A stretch of DNA of 64,000 bases from Vicugna vicugna (taxonomy: Eukaryota), in contig MU058531.1 of the NCBI GenBank assembly GCA_013265495.1, forward strand, positions 1,238,911-1,302,910, read 5' to 3'. Below are positions 22,489 through 36,208 of the stretch, piece after piece. The notes under the pieces are model-generated. The model did no database searches. It was not told the origin of the DNA and was given only the letters and a program-made list of their open reading frames with translations. How positions within the stretch are numbered: the first letter of the stretch is position 1; every line of letters begins with the position of its first letter. The position numbers were made by a program, and so were the translations under genes.

Positions 22489-24119
22489 GTAAGGGCGATG
22501 CGCGGGGACCCGGGCGGCTCCCCCGCCCCGCGCGGCCCGGGGAAGTTTCTAGCGTGGCCGTATTCCGCCGGGCCGGGGAAGGGGGCGGGGAGGCCCCCGG
22601 CGCCGGGCGTACCGGCGGGCCGGAGGGGGCCGCCTGGCGCTCGGGGGTCACAAGTTGCCCAACCTGCCATCCTGGCGGGCGTCGCGCGGAGAGGGGCTGG
22701 AGGCGCGGCGGGGCCGGGCGCGGCGCGGACGAGGGGAGGGCCCGGAGGAACTTTCTCCTCCCTGGAGGGCTCCCGCCTGCCCGGGCCGCGGCCCCGCCGC
22801 GGGAGCAGCCGGCCCCCTGGCTGGAGGGAGCCCAGGAAACGTGTTCGAAGAAGCTGACGCAGTTTGTGACGCTCGCGGCTTCCTGGCGGGGACCGGCGGC
22901 GGCGGCGGCAGCGCCTTCGCCGAGGAGGGACGAGCCGAGGCGGCGCTCGGGCCCTTCCCCCGCCCGAAGCCGCGCGTCCCGGCGCCTAGTTGGGGGGCCG
23001 GGGGCTTGGGACGCGAGCATCCAGTGGCGGCCGGGAGCCGGGCCCCGGCAGCGCGCGTCGCTTCCGTTTTGATTCGCTCGGGTTATTATATAAGATGTCA
23101 CGGAGAGGAAAGGGGCGAGCGGGCGGCGCGTCGGCCTTCCGCGAGGGGCGGGGAGGGGCGGGAGGCCGGGCCGGGCGGGGACCCACCTGTGCACCCTCCG
23201 CGCCCCCTGCGGGTGCCGCCCGCGCGCCGTCCGTGGCCAGGAGGCAAGGGGGGGGGTGGCGGCAGCGGGATGGACGGACGTGCTCGCAGCTCCCCTCCTG
23301 GCCCTGGGGACTCTCGGGCAGCGGCCGAAACGTGCTGTTTCCTCTCGGCCGCCTTGCCTGGGTCGACACATTTCTGGCTTCGGGCATTTGTACTTTGAAA
23401 CATTTGTTTAATATTAAGGAAGCTGCGTGTGCGGCCGCCCCAGTCCGCCCGGAACGTGTGGCCGTGGGCTCCGGGGCGGAGAATGAATGAATCATCGCCC
23501 CGCGGACCGGGCGCGGATGATTCATGCGGGGTACACCCCGCGCGTACTCGCCGGGTGCCTCTGACCCAGGGACGGCGGCCCTTCTGCGGCGATGACGCCT
23601 GGAGGGCTCGGGGAGAGGTAATGCAAAAGGGTGGCAGCTTATTTTTCCCCCTCCTTCTGCAATTTTGGGGAACTCTGAGGGGTCGAGTTTCCAGATTTTC
23701 CGAGGCTTGTTGAGGTTCTTGGAAGGGTTACAAAATTCCACCTGGCTGCGTCAATGAGTCGGTGGAGGAGCGCTGATTCGCTGCAGGGTTGGGTCCTCTC
23801 TCATTCAGAATCTGGATGGCGTCGAGTGCGGTATTGGGCTCTGAAGGAATCCTTCTAGTAATTGCCTCTACTTCAGTACCGCTAAAGTAATTAGCAAAAA
23901 CTTTGAAAGTTAGTGGATCTTAAAAATAAGTGGCTCCTAAGTAGAGGAGTCCTACTTAAAGGTTTAGGTTTTGGGGTTTGTTGTTTTATGTTTTTTTCTT
24001 TTTTTTTCTTCCGAGCCAAATCCTAAAAGGAATCTAACTTGACATTAATTCAGAACTTTTTACCACTGCGACCACCCTTAAAGACCAACTTGGCTCATTC
24101 CCACCACACCCCACGCTTG

Positions 24120-24428
24120 TAGGATTAAGAGTAAAGTTTTCTCATCGTTTAGGACCCATCTCAGATGGCATCTCCTCAGAAAGGCCTTTAACCCCTCACC
24201 CCAGGGACCACCACCCCCAGTCCTATTTTATTTTCTTCATAGCACTAAATTGTTATCCGGAGTGATTTTCTTTGGGTTTCCTTTAAATCTTGTATCTCTG
24301 CACTAGAAGGTAAGCTCCACTGTGGCAGGAATCTTTGCCTGATTTGTTCCTTTGCCATTAACTCTAGCACCTAGATCAATGCCTGGCATATTAGGCACTC
24401 AGGATTTGTTGACTAGTGAATGAATGCA
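24120..24428 (+). mobile_element. L2 3' end
   Basis: CACTAGAAGGTAAGCTCCAC...ATGCCTGGCATATTAGGCACTCA...TGAATGAATG tail. Confidence 0.8.
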
Positions 24429-26499
24429 TTCCTTTTTCCTGATTTCTTCGTGAAACTTTGTCAGTTGAAATTCACTGCCAGGTGTGGACAAAGCACTAAG
24501 ATGGTACAGTTCTATTTTTTTTTCTTCCAGTTTTCTTTTGATTGATTTACTTCCTCCTCTGTGCTGTTAACTTATAGCACAAGATGGGTTTGAGCATCAT
24601 ATCCTAAGATGCTGAGCAGAAAGAAAGATAAGGCAGGTGGAGCCTTGTCAATGGAAGGTGTGTTACTGTATAAGTCAATGGATGATAAAAATATTATCTG
24701 TGCTAGTTGAAAAAATGTAGGATATTGAAAGGGAATCGGCAAAATCAGATTCCCATGGTACTGTTTCCACTCATATTTGAAATACTGATATTTCTATATT
24801 CCTCCGTCCCCACTTCCTGCACACCAGCCTCAAATTTAGCTGCAGTTTTAGAAGGTCCATAGTAGGTAGCATGTAATATGAAATGTTCATTTAGCTAAAT
24901 GAATACAAGATTTACATTTCTGCTTTGTTGTTGTTAATGTTGATAACTAACTCCGCAGAAGAATAGATGGAAGGAGTAGATAGAATCATTAAATACAATG
25001 TACAAATTAAGTTAAAACTGTAATATATCAGCGATATAATGGAAGAAGGATTTGAATGTAGTGCTTCATACCGCCTCCTTCGAGGATAAACTTTAATGAA
25101 CTTTTTTATTATATATAAATAACAAACTTCAGAGGCATATTAGTCGGCTGTAAACCTGTAGGAATATTTTCAGAACTCAGTACTTCTCAACTCTCTATTA
25201 AAGAAGAGTGAGTTTTCAACAGTTCCCTTCCCATAATAGTAGCCGTGATCACTTTCAGAAGCATGATCTCAAGACTAAGCTCAGATATAATACAGTTTTA
25301 AAGCTAAAAGCGATCTTCAAATTGCTTGGCATAGTTTATTCCTTCGTATCCCTCCCTTTATTGAGGAAACTTAAGGCACAGTGAAATGACTTGCCCAGTA
25401 TGCAGGGCTGGGATTAGAACCAAGCGTCCTGACTTCTTGTTGGAAATCCTCAAATTAGCCAGAGCTCCCATAGCTGGGGGACGAGTGGTTCCTGTCTTGA
25501 GTAATCCATGGTCTGCCTCTTGCCGGTGAGCTCTCAGACAGTAAAATTATGTCTTATTCAGCTTTGTGCCCTTCCATGTGCCTTGGGCATCTTGGGGTTT
25601 GACAAATACATGTTGGGTGTTGTTGGACAAATTTATTTTAAGTTGAAAATATATCTGAGAATTGAAAAAGCAGGAAAACATATCTCTTCCAGGCTGAAGA
25701 AGTCTTTTGAGAAGAAAGAATGTTGGCAGTAATTAGCCTTAGAACTTTTATAGTAATGAAGCTGTTGTTTAATTTTCATGCTTCAGAAACTTCAGCTACA
25801 ATGGCTTACACCTTACAGGTGTGCATGCTTGCTTAGTTGGCACAACTATTGCCTGAAGAAACAGTTGCAGGCTGTTGCAGGACGTCTGGTAGGTCTTGCC
25901 TTTGGCACAGTATCCAGTTAGACAAGCCTAGATATTACAGCTAGACAGAATTGGGGCTGAAGCTCAGGTCTGCCCCTAACAAACAGGACTCCCTGTAGCA
26001 AGTTACTTTAATTTTTTTGAGCATCCTCTTGTCTCTGAATGGGGGTGATACCACCTACCCTGAAGGACTGCTGTGAGACTGGGATAATGTATACACAGTG
26101 CCGCATGTACACAAGGCCCTTCATAAGTGGCAACTTTTATGTTATGACTTCTGCTTTATGTGACCAGGGGAGCAGCTTAATTTCTCAAAGCTTCTTTTTT
26201 CCCAACTGGAGAATTCGTGATTACCATGGGAGGAGGGGAATTAAATGATGCCCTAAGATCTTGTCTAACTGTGTAGTTTAAGGAACTGATAAAGAATACA
26301 CAGTTCTACAGTTTTAGTTTAAACGAAATGATTCATGTGTACATTCTTGATCTACCAAGAGCAACTGCAGAAATCGTTAATTTCTGGGCCTTCCTAAGCA
26401 TTTGGCATGATTAGCTTTGATGATGTTAAGTACATTTTCATTATTTTATATGCTTTGAATGATGGATACAAAGTTAACCTGACTGTTTCAACCTCTCAT

Positions 26500-27200
26500 T
26501 CAGCTTCCTGTACATAAGGCAGTAGGAGGAGGATATGGGTTACTCAGACATACCCAGCCTTCCTTTGAGAGGCTTAGGGGGCATGTAGGGAGCGTAAGAC
26601 AGATAACCAAAGGCCTTAGCACGTGGAGGGACTGTTACAGAGGCAGAAAGTACATGCTTTGTGATTTCAGAAGAGGAAAACACTATCAGCTGGCAGAGAT
26701 GAGGGGGTCAGCCTGCACTCAGACTTGAAGGAAGGGATATCTGAGCATATCCAGGGATGCAGAGGAATATGGTTAAGCTGGGGGGTGAGGAGTCTTGAAG
26801 CAGGAAAGTGGGATGGCAGACTGCATGGCAGAGTTAGGACCATATTATGAGCATCTTGAACACTGGGCTAAGGAGCCCGGTTAGTAGGCAGTAGAAAACT
26901 ATCAAAGGTAGTTTGAGTCGGGGAATGATGTGATTAAAGCTGTGCTTTACAAGGATTAATCTGTACTGTGGAAGCCATGGATAATCCCAGTTAGAAAGCT
27001 ATTAAAATGGTTTCCAGACAAGAGGCAGTGAGAACCTAAATTATGACTGGGGGCAGTGGGGTTGGGTGAGACACTGTAGAAACAGTAAATGCGACAGGAC
27101 TTGTTGGCTAATTGGATGAGAGAATTGAGGGGGAAAGTCCAAGACTGGAGCTGAGTGATGTTGGATGGTGATAGCAGAAATTGAAATAGTTAGGAAGGGC
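26500..27200 (-). mobile_element. L2 LINE fragment
   Basis: GGGAATGATGTGATTAAAGCTGTGCTTTACAAGGATTAATCTG and related L2 motifs. Confidence 0.55.
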
Positions 27201-27942
27201 CACTGGTAAAGCACCATAAGTAGTATGCAGTCAGTAAATATTTGTCTAATTAATCGGCGTGATTATAAGTTTGATTTGGGTATATTAATTTCTTTGTGCC
27301 TGTGGACCATCCAAATGGATGGGAGCCGTTAAAAACAGAGATGCATTTGCAGGCATTCTTAGGGAAGGTGGGTAGTGAAGCACCGAGAAGGGTTCGGAGT
27401 GTGAGTGAAGAGAAGAAAAGGCCAGGGAGGAGCTTGGAAAAACCATATTCATTGGCTTGAAGGGAGACAGACCGGGGGTGACAGGATGCAAAGAAGAAAG
27501 AAGCAGAAAGAGAACAAAGAAAAGATAGGGAGAGAGGGGAGGAAGGAGAATTTGGAGAGGACAAGTAGGGTAGAGGGGCTGAGATTGAACACTGGGAGAA
27601 GGTCATGAGATTTGTTCGTGAGACCATTGCTAATAGCCTTTGAGGATCAGGGTCACTGGGCAGTGGAGACGGAAGTCAGCCAGGTACCTGCGAGGCACCT
27701 GAGTGGGAAGGAAGTGCAGAGAGTGAGTGCAGACTAGGGCTGGACCATGAAAATCGGAGAGGACAATAACTTGAGGTGATGAGAGTGCAGTGAAACACTC
27801 TTTAAACGAAGCCATGAGAAAAGCCCAAGAGTATTGTGGGTAGAGTGGTGGTCATTGGAGCAGGAGAGACTGACGATCAGGAGAGGGGGTGGGGGGCGGT
27901 GGATGCACCAGGCCCTCGTCAGGAAGAAGGGATAGGAGCTCG

Positions 27943-28110
27943 ATAGGGTGACCATACATCCGATTGCCCAGGATGGTCTCTGGTCACACGTGTTACCCCA
28001 ATAAGTGGGACAATGTTTGGACAAATATTACGGATATTTGGACAAGTAATGACTGTTTTGATTCTAAAACAAAGTCCTGTTTTAAGTAATAAATCATTTG
28101 ATCATGACAA
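27943..28110. mobile_element. hAT-Blackjack MITE (MER94-like)
   Basis: TAGGGTGACCATACATCCGATTGCCCAGGA terminus, same TIR family as 2670-2781. Confidence 0.55.
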
Positions 28111-31100
28111 AGGTCGTTAGTTATTCATGGAAAAACAAGTGTGACATGGAGGGGAAAAGATTAAATGAACCAAAAAGAAACTGAGATTTAGAGAGTAAAG
28201 TTGGAAGCTGGGAGGGAGTGTGACTGTATTTGAAATAGGTTAGTTCCCCCTTTTTAAGAAAGAAAGAAAAGCAGAGGAGGCCAGTTTATTTGCTGAGTAT
28301 GTTGAGAGTGAGAGGTAAAGTTGGGAGGTGGAGGAGGGGGAAAGGTTTGGAGTAGCTGTGGGAGCCAAAGGTGATGAGGGCCTGACAGATTGCCCAGGGG
28401 CCTTAGCCTGGTAAGAGGGCAAACCTTCCCTGTATTTATGACTTTCTCCAGCAGTCCTCAGAAAATTGGAAGTGGAGATGGTGTGAGTATCATTGAAACT
28501 GCCAGCTCCATATGGGTCTTGGTTTGAGTAGGAAGGCAAGTGAAACTAGAGTGTTGATGGGCCGGGAGTATAAGTGAGAATGAGATTAGAATGTGTGGTG
28601 GCTGGCTCAGCCGAACGAAGGAAAGGGAGAAATGCAGATGTGGAGGGGTGTCCTGGGGCCAGTGCTTAAGGGCCTTGGGGACTTTTAGAGTATCTGTCTT
28701 ACCATGATGGAGGGATCAGAAATGAGCAACGATGTAAATTCAGAGCGTGGCTGAACTAGAGGAGGGTGAAGTGACTCAAGCATGAGGTGGAAGCTCACTG
28801 ACCTTCAGGAATCATGGGGACAGGATGTCAGATGATTATAGACCAATGTCAGGATCTGTTTAAAAAATTCTGAAAAACATTTATTAAAGCCTTTCTGAGC
28901 CCTTAGTCTGTAGAGTTGGAGAGGACCTTAAAGAGAGTTCGGAAGATGGAGAAGCTAAAGTCTTTTAAAGGCTTTCGAAGAAGATTTGAGACCTGCCCCA
29001 GATCACAGACATATGTGGCAGAGCTGGCTCTGGAAAGAACCAGAATCCCTCAATCTCAGTTCAATATTGCCCCCTAAGGCAGAAGAACCAATTAAAGGAT
29101 CCAGTGAACAAAGTCTTGGAATGCTTCCTCGCTGTTCAGCTTGCCCTCTGCTCTTAGAGCACCAGTGTTGGCAGGCACGGAACCCCACTGAGGAGAGCTA
29201 TGGGGTCGGGTGCACGTGCTCTGACTTCTACCTGAAGGGCAGGTGATGGTGTCTTTGAGGAGGACCCATGGAAAGCATCAGTTCTTCCCCAGTAATGAAA
29301 AAAATAAATAAGAATCAGCAGATGGACAAAATACTAACTTTGTTATTGAAGACCAGATTGGGAGACAGCGTGCTGTGAAGCCCAGAATGGTCTTGTGCAC
29401 CCTCCACACATGAGGCTAGACTTTGAAACAGCCTACTGGATGGAAAGTTTGAGGTTGCAGAGCAGAAATACCCAGGTTTCTGCCTTTCACTGTTCAGACA
29501 AAGAGAAAGAGTCCAAACCTTTCATGCCTACTACCTTTCATAGAAAAACTCCATCCATTTGCGAACTGAGAAACAGACCCATGGCTGTCAGGCACCAACC
29601 CCGTAACTTGCTCCACCCCTATGGGGAGATAATGGTGTTGGGCAAGAAGACAGCAGTGGATCGGGAATAGCCTCCTTTGGAAACCCTGGGCATGGGAGAG
29701 AGGCGTTCGGTCCTCTGGCACGTAAGGTTATAGACCACTCATAACTTCCCTGTTTGCACTGGAGTTTAACTTCTGAGGCAGCAGGTGCATTATTATGTTG
29801 ACTAGAAGTGAGTGAAATGACTCAAAATGGTTTACACATAGGTCCGTAGTTAATCTATTTCATAGCCATGCCTAGTGGCACTCCTTCCTCGCTGGGGATC
29901 TCGGGAAACTCACAGATGTCGCAGCAGAGACCACTGGCTTTGATATCCTATTTTTCAATTCAGAACTTTGGAAAAGTAGAAGGTTCTTTCTCCTCTTAAA
30001 ATACTTAAGGACCCCTTCATTGGACATACGACACTTGGAATTTGTCCTGATTCTGTCACTACCAGTGACCTTACTAATTCATTGTTACATGCCTCAGTTT
30101 CCTCATCTGCAGCATGGGAGAAAATAATGCCGGTTCTGTTCCCAGGTATTTGATGTGAAAGCTGTTTGCAAATAAATAGTGTCATGCGAATGTAAGGTAT
30201 CAGTATTACCATATGGGATACAAGGTACATTTTGAGGTTTAAGAACTTTTTTAAATTAAAGTGTTTCAAATAAAATAACTAAGATGACTACTGAAATTTG
30301 GTGGGACTCACTCTGGTAGGCACTTCAGGTAAATCATGATGAGTTTCTCCCTTTCTCCATCTCCGTGTCTGGCCAAGTGAGATTAAAGCACTGTGTTTCA
30401 TGACAAATGAAAATTTTGCCTTTTTATCTATTTCTCTTTTAACTGTTAAAAGGTCTTTTTTTAACTGTAAAATATAACACGTATATAACTTTTGAAATGT
30501 AAATGTACAGTCCAATGAATTATTTAGAAAGTGAACATCCATGTAGCTACCTTCCAGCTCAAGAAATAGGACAATTTCATTCCTCCCCACCCCCGTAGGA
30601 ATCCTTTTTCTTTGTTAGATGCTTGGTTTTGTTTTCAGGGAAGTTACGAGTAGTAGCAGGAGGCAATTATGAATATTGACAGATCCAAAATATGTGCTCC
30701 TTTGAGTGGAATTAGAGCAAAGGAGTAATATTAGTGTTTTACTCTGTAGTTATTTCTTATTTCTGTAACTATGAATATAGTGTTTTGGACAAGTCCTGGG
30801 TTTTCAGCCTTAAAGATCAAAATCTTCTGGCTGAGTTTCCAGATTTGTGACCTTTGAATAGGACTGAAAGAGTTGTGATCCTTTGGATGTTAGAAAACTT
30901 CTCATGCCTAATTTTTTTTTAAATGTTCTGATCATCCCTCTTTTGCCTGTTTTTAGAAATGAAACAGCTAAGACTCTAGTATCGATGATGACTTTGCACA
31001 GTAATCAAAGGTCATCTTGGAAATACTTAACCATTATCGAGGCAAATACCTTTCAGCTCAGGCTACCATAGGCTAAATTTGAAGTGGCAAGAAAGAGTCA

Positions 31101-31429
31101 GTGAAAACAGCTTTATTGCATGAAAGAAAAAAAAATTGTGTTTTCCTTAATTATGATCTTCTAGTGTTCTAAATTCTACCATCTTTTAAGAATTAATGAG
31201 TCAATAAACCAGAAGTCTTTTGTGGTATCCAGAAAAGGAGTCTCTTAAATAATAATAATAAATTTATGATTAAAACAGACAATGATGATAAATACTAAAA
31301 TAATCAGGAAAGTATCTTAGCTAATCAAGTGTGTCTATAAAAACAGAAAAACTGTGAGTATTTCAAAAATTGGTCAAGGCTCATCTTTAGGGGGCAGTTT
31401 CTATGGTTGTAAGATTGAGTTATTGGAAC

Positions 31430-34385
31430 CTCATTTGAGAATTTGGTGGACTGAACGTGTGTTTCCTGTCAGTCCCTCCTGAAGCACCACTGTAGTGATG
31501 GTAAACGTAAGGTAGGAGACACCAACAAATTTTTGAAGGGTGAAAAGCAGACAGATCTGTGGTAACTGATTTGGAGTAGTAGAGAACATTGATCCCTCAG
31601 TGCCCTTCAAGGAGGTTGGGAATAGATACTGGGGAGAAGCAGCCAGTTCATCCCCCAGAACTCGAGAAAGGCTCTGAAATTGGAGGCTTTGGAGTGGGGC
31701 ATGGGACTGAAAATAAGGGATTGAATGTCTGTAAAAGGATCTAGACCCTCAGTTCACTTCCCTCATCCCTTAGAGCAAGATGAAGTCCTTATCAGAGACT
31801 CGATATTTTTTCTCTGGAGAAATTGAAGTAAACTAACAGTTGTGGATTTAGGGGTACTAGGCAAAAAAGAGGGTAAAAGTGAAATGTTCGACTGAAAACA
31901 GAGGAATTTAATGAAATTATGCGTAACCAAACAGAGAGACCTGATGCTTTTTTTAAGCCACCCTCAATCCTAGGATAGCTGGGTGATTACCAACCCAGGC
32001 AGGATATTGAAGGACTCTTCTCTGGACAAAATGAACAGCCCTAAAGAAAAGACCTGCAGATACTGATATTTGCAGTCCCTCAATGAGAAAACTTACCGCC
32101 CATTCTTCTTACAGTGAAGCCACTAGTCAATAACCCCACTCCTTCTCTTTTATGAATGTGGAACTTGCATCCAGCTTTTTAGTGCCTTACTCTTAAATAT
32201 AAACAGATAGCCAGTGAATATAAGACATTTGAAGAAAGCATTCAAAAATAACAGGGCAGGAACCAGAACAAATGAGAACAAAATCATGGGGGAGACAGAA
32301 ATGCAAAAAGAAGAAGAAAAATGAGAGTAATCAAAACCAATCCAGCTATAATTAATGAAATAAGAACAGGGCTGTAAAAAAGTAATAATCAGAGAATAAG
32401 AAATGAGTGTTAGAAATTAAAAGAAAGATGATAAAAAAAATCATTGGAAGGATCAGAACATAAAGTAGAAATAAAAGCAAAAAAGTAGAAAAAGGAGGGG
32501 GAAAATAGAGTTGGAGCATCATTTGAACAAACATCATGTCACACTGATAAGAGTTCCAGAAAGAGACTACAGGGGAAAGGAAAGGAAATTAGTAACGACA
32601 TAATGCAAGCTATTTCCCCAGAACTGGAAGACGTATGCTTATAGATTAAAAGAGTTTACAAACTAGCCAGGCAAATGCATGAGGAAAAAAAAAGCCACAC
32701 AATCAATGTGTAAGACATATCACTATAAAATTTCAAAATACTAAGGAAATGGGAATAAGCTAACTCTTGGCAGGATTAAAAACAGATCACATACAAAAAG
32801 ATTGGAAATTGGAATGTCATCTAAAGAACAATGGATGAATTCTTCCAGAATTCTGAAGACAATCTAGAATTTCAGATACAAACTATCAACTGGGAGATAC
32901 AATAAAAAGACATTTTGTGGGTGTGAAAGTTCTCAAAAATTTATTCTCTGCATGTTTTTCCAGGAAGCTACTGGATGGTATATTTTAGCAAAATGTGGGC
33001 ATAAACCAAGAAAGAATAATATATGGGATTCTAGAAACAGTCTAACAAAGGAGAAAAGCAAAAGAAAATTATAGGATGACAGTAGTGCCACAGACCTAGA
33101 GAGAAACCAGTCCAGATCAGAAGAGGAGGAGGGTCTGCTCCAGGAGGGAATTCCCAAATGAAAGCAAAACTGATAGATGATCTGATACATCTGACAAGAT
33201 TAGAATATTCCTCAGCAGGCTTTCCAGTTCCTGTGGAGCATTTGGGATGAATTATTGACTCAAAAAACCTAGTCAGTGGGGAAAAAAGGGCCAATTATAA
33301 ACTCCAGAAAAATTAAATAGCTGTACAAGAAGAGACACACAGAGTGCAATTCACTCAGCAGATAACAGTATTTACATAGGTCATAATAATATAAATCACT
33401 GATACGCTGAGTGTAAGATTAAGCTGCTATAACAGCGACTCCACAGGACTGTGACTTAACAAAGAAATGTGTTTTTACTATGTGTGACAGTTGAAGGATG
33501 AGCATTTCAAGTGGGTTGATGTTGCTGCCCCATGCAGCTGTTCAGGAACCCAGGCTCCTTCCATCTTGTTGCTCTGCCATCCTCCAAGGCATTTTTCTGA
33601 TCAGCATGTGTGGTTGAAACTGGTGGCAGCATGTCTGCATTCCAGCTCATGATAAAGGGAGAGAGCAATGAGGGGCAGAGGTTTAAGGTTCAAGCTTGCA
33701 AGTGGCACACGTCACCTTCACCCATATTCCAGTGGCAAAATTTAATCACATGGCCACACCTCAGAACAGTTATTCAACGTATTTAACAACAGGTAGCCCT
33801 GACACTGACCCATCAGAACATAGGTCTGCTGTTGCATCGGAGGTGCTATGGAAGCTCCCTCCTGTATCAAACCCTAGCCCTTTGTTTGGGTTATGGGGGA
33901 TGGAGACAGGAGAGGATCCCTAGAAGGAGTTTAGAGAAGCTCAGGTAGCAGCGATTTACTAGCCAATGTGGAAGTATTTTAATAGCGATGGGTGCAATGC
34001 ACTAAAACACACAGACTATTAACCCTGACCACACATGACTGAAAAAGAGGCTGGGAAAAATTGTTGACATAACTGTATCTTAGAAGACTGGAAGAGTGGT
34101 AAGCTAGTGCATAAGAGGACATCAGTAATTATATTAATTACTGAATTAAAGTCAAAAATGAATCAAGAAATATCAGAATATGCATACTGTTTAGGAATAT
34201 AAAACTAAATATCTAAAGAGATAGTTAACTATTTTTAAAGCAGTTTGCCTTTGGGAAGTGGGTTTGGAGGTGAGTGGAGACGTGAAACAGATTACTGCTG
34301 TGTTTTCATTTTAAGCCTGGTACTGTTTGAGTTTTTAAGTAATTTGCATAGGTTATATCGATAAAAATAAAATTAGCAGAAAAAA
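31430..34385 (+). mobile_element. HAL1 (half-L1) element, long copy, interrupted by an MLT1 LTR (~33410-33760)
   Basis: Decayed L1 ORF1-like stretch (GAGTTCCAGAA...TTTCCCCAGAACTG...AGATTAAAAGAG, ~32550-32660), then HAL1-type CAGGAAGCTACTGGA...TAAACCAAGAAAGA. No ORF2; A-rich 3' end near 34360-34388. Confidence 0.65.
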
Positions 34386-35849
34386 AAGTAATGCAGTGCT
34401 AATAAGTAGATTAGAGAATGATTTACATAGATCCAGAACTGTAAAAATATACATTAAAAGTTAAGAAATGTTTCGGAGTTAGAATCCTCCCTCACAACTG
34501 GAATTTATCACTGTCTCAGAATCATTTGTGCACACTTAAAAAACAAACTCAAACGGCTCCATCTCAAGATTCTAACTTATTTGACTTTGGATTGGGCCCC
34601 AGGGAGTCAGTAATTTGTAAAAGAACCCAGCTGCTTCTGATGTATGGCTAGGGCTAAAAGAGGGACCCTCTCCTGTCCCCATTCCCTATAATTTGGCAAG
34701 CAAGGGGCTAACAGCTGATGAGGGGTGCAGGGGGCTTCCAGAGCAGCTCCCGCTCTGCAGCTGACCTGCGTTCCCATGTGGTTTAAATGCCTTTGCTTCT
34801 GCTGCTCGTGTTTCTTGTCTTCTTCCTGTCCTCTCTCACTGCTTCTGCTTCAAGTCCAATCTTCTCTGTCTCTCAGTTCTGAACTAATGTGATCTGTCTG
34901 GGGTCAGAAGAGTAGGAGAGAAAGGAGAGATATGGGAGAGGTCATTTGGATGGCCATTCATATTGGCTGTACAGAGAGCCAATATTTGTTTCCTTCTGTT
35001 TTGCAGAAACTTCTTAAATGGGTGGCCTTGTCTTGAATTTCCAGTGAAGTAATTTTAGAGCTCAAGTGCAAGTAAATTTGAACTTAATGACATTTTGTTA
35101 TTTCTTTACCTCCAGTGTTGCCCCCTGAGGCTGAATCAGCTGCACCCTCAGGTTGCCCCCAAGGTTCTTTTATCTCCCCTGGGTTTTGTGCCCAACACGC
35201 CCAGCTGTGGTCTACCAGGCATTCACCAACAGCAGCATTTCCATTCCGCACCTAGAATCACCAGCAGTGTTCACTGCTGCTTAGTTTTCTGTGAGGGGAT
35301 TCTTAGAAAGGAGATTAACAAGCAAGAGATTTAGGAATATGAGAATTGTATAATTTCACAAGGTTAGAGGTGTTGTTGAATTAGACTTTGACTATGGAGA
35401 TTTTGTGTACCTTAAAGGAGAAGAACATTTTAGAGAGAAATGAGAAACATTTTAGACCTCAGGGAAAAACTTCTCTTAAAAGAAAAACAAAACCAGCTTT
35501 AATTTTTTTTTAAATATCAACAGTTACAGATACAGTTAGTTTCCTTGGCGCTTTTCCCCAGTCCCATTCCCTGCCTCCCTGGATTCAGCAGCTCTGGTGA
35601 ATCCGGCGCCAGTGATCTGCTTGTAACTGTTTAACGTCAAGCCAGTGCCCTGCGCCACACAGTGCGAGGGCTGGCCTCTAGCACTGTGCTCAGTGTATGA
35701 GGAACTGTCCTGGCTGGTTTCTGAGGGGTTACTTTACAGTTAATACGTTTATATAGCAGGGCCAAATTGTGATCTCTAAGGTGAGGGATTGATCCGTCCA
35801 TCAGTAAGTCTGATTCAGAGCTTGCCCTCCTAGTGCAAGTCTCTTCTAG

Positions 35850-36118
35850 GTCAGTGCTTCTCAGACCTCAGTGTACATGCAAATCACTTGGGATGGCATT
35901 ACATTGCAGATTCTAATTCAGCTGACCTCAGATGGAGCCTGAGCTTCTGCATTTCTAATAAGCTCCCAGGGGCTGCTGCTGGTCCTCAGATCACGCTTAG
36001 AGAAGCAGGGTTCTGGCTCGTGGTTCTCAACTCTGGTTGCTCTGTAGAGTCACCTGGGGGCTTCTAGGACCTGTCGTTGGGATTCTGATATAGTTGGTCT
36101 AGGGAGGGGCCCAGACAT

Positions 36119-36155
<37 letters not shown>

Positions 36156-36208
36156 TTTTTTTAACTTCCCAAGTAATAATACTGTGCAGATAGGATTTAG
36201 AACCACTG
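35850..36208. mobile_element. Two adjacent MER5-type (hAT-Charlie) MITEs, the second containing a (TG)n tract
   Basis: CAGTGCTTCTCAGAC...TGCATTTCTAATAAGCTCCCAG, then GTGGTTCTCAACTCTGGTTGC...TTTAGAACCACTG. Confidence 0.75.
36123..36153 (+). repeat. (TG)n microsatellite
   Basis: About 15 perfect TG units. Confidence 0.95.

Larger units (their letters stand above)
21990..23790 (+). promoter_or_regulatory. CpG-island promoter (probable distal promoter of PCGF5)
   Basis: Very high GC and CpG density. CCAAT box 22217-22221, forkhead-type GTAAACAAA 22261-22269, multiple GGGCGG GC boxes, and a splice donor inside the island. Confidence 0.9.

Noticed and set aside
21826..23741. Long overlapping ORFs (403, 448, 251, 247 aa) on both strands
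   Set aside because: Low-complexity Arg/Pro/Gly/Ala translations expected from stop-poor CpG-island DNA; no recognisable domain, and a strong splice donor cuts through them.
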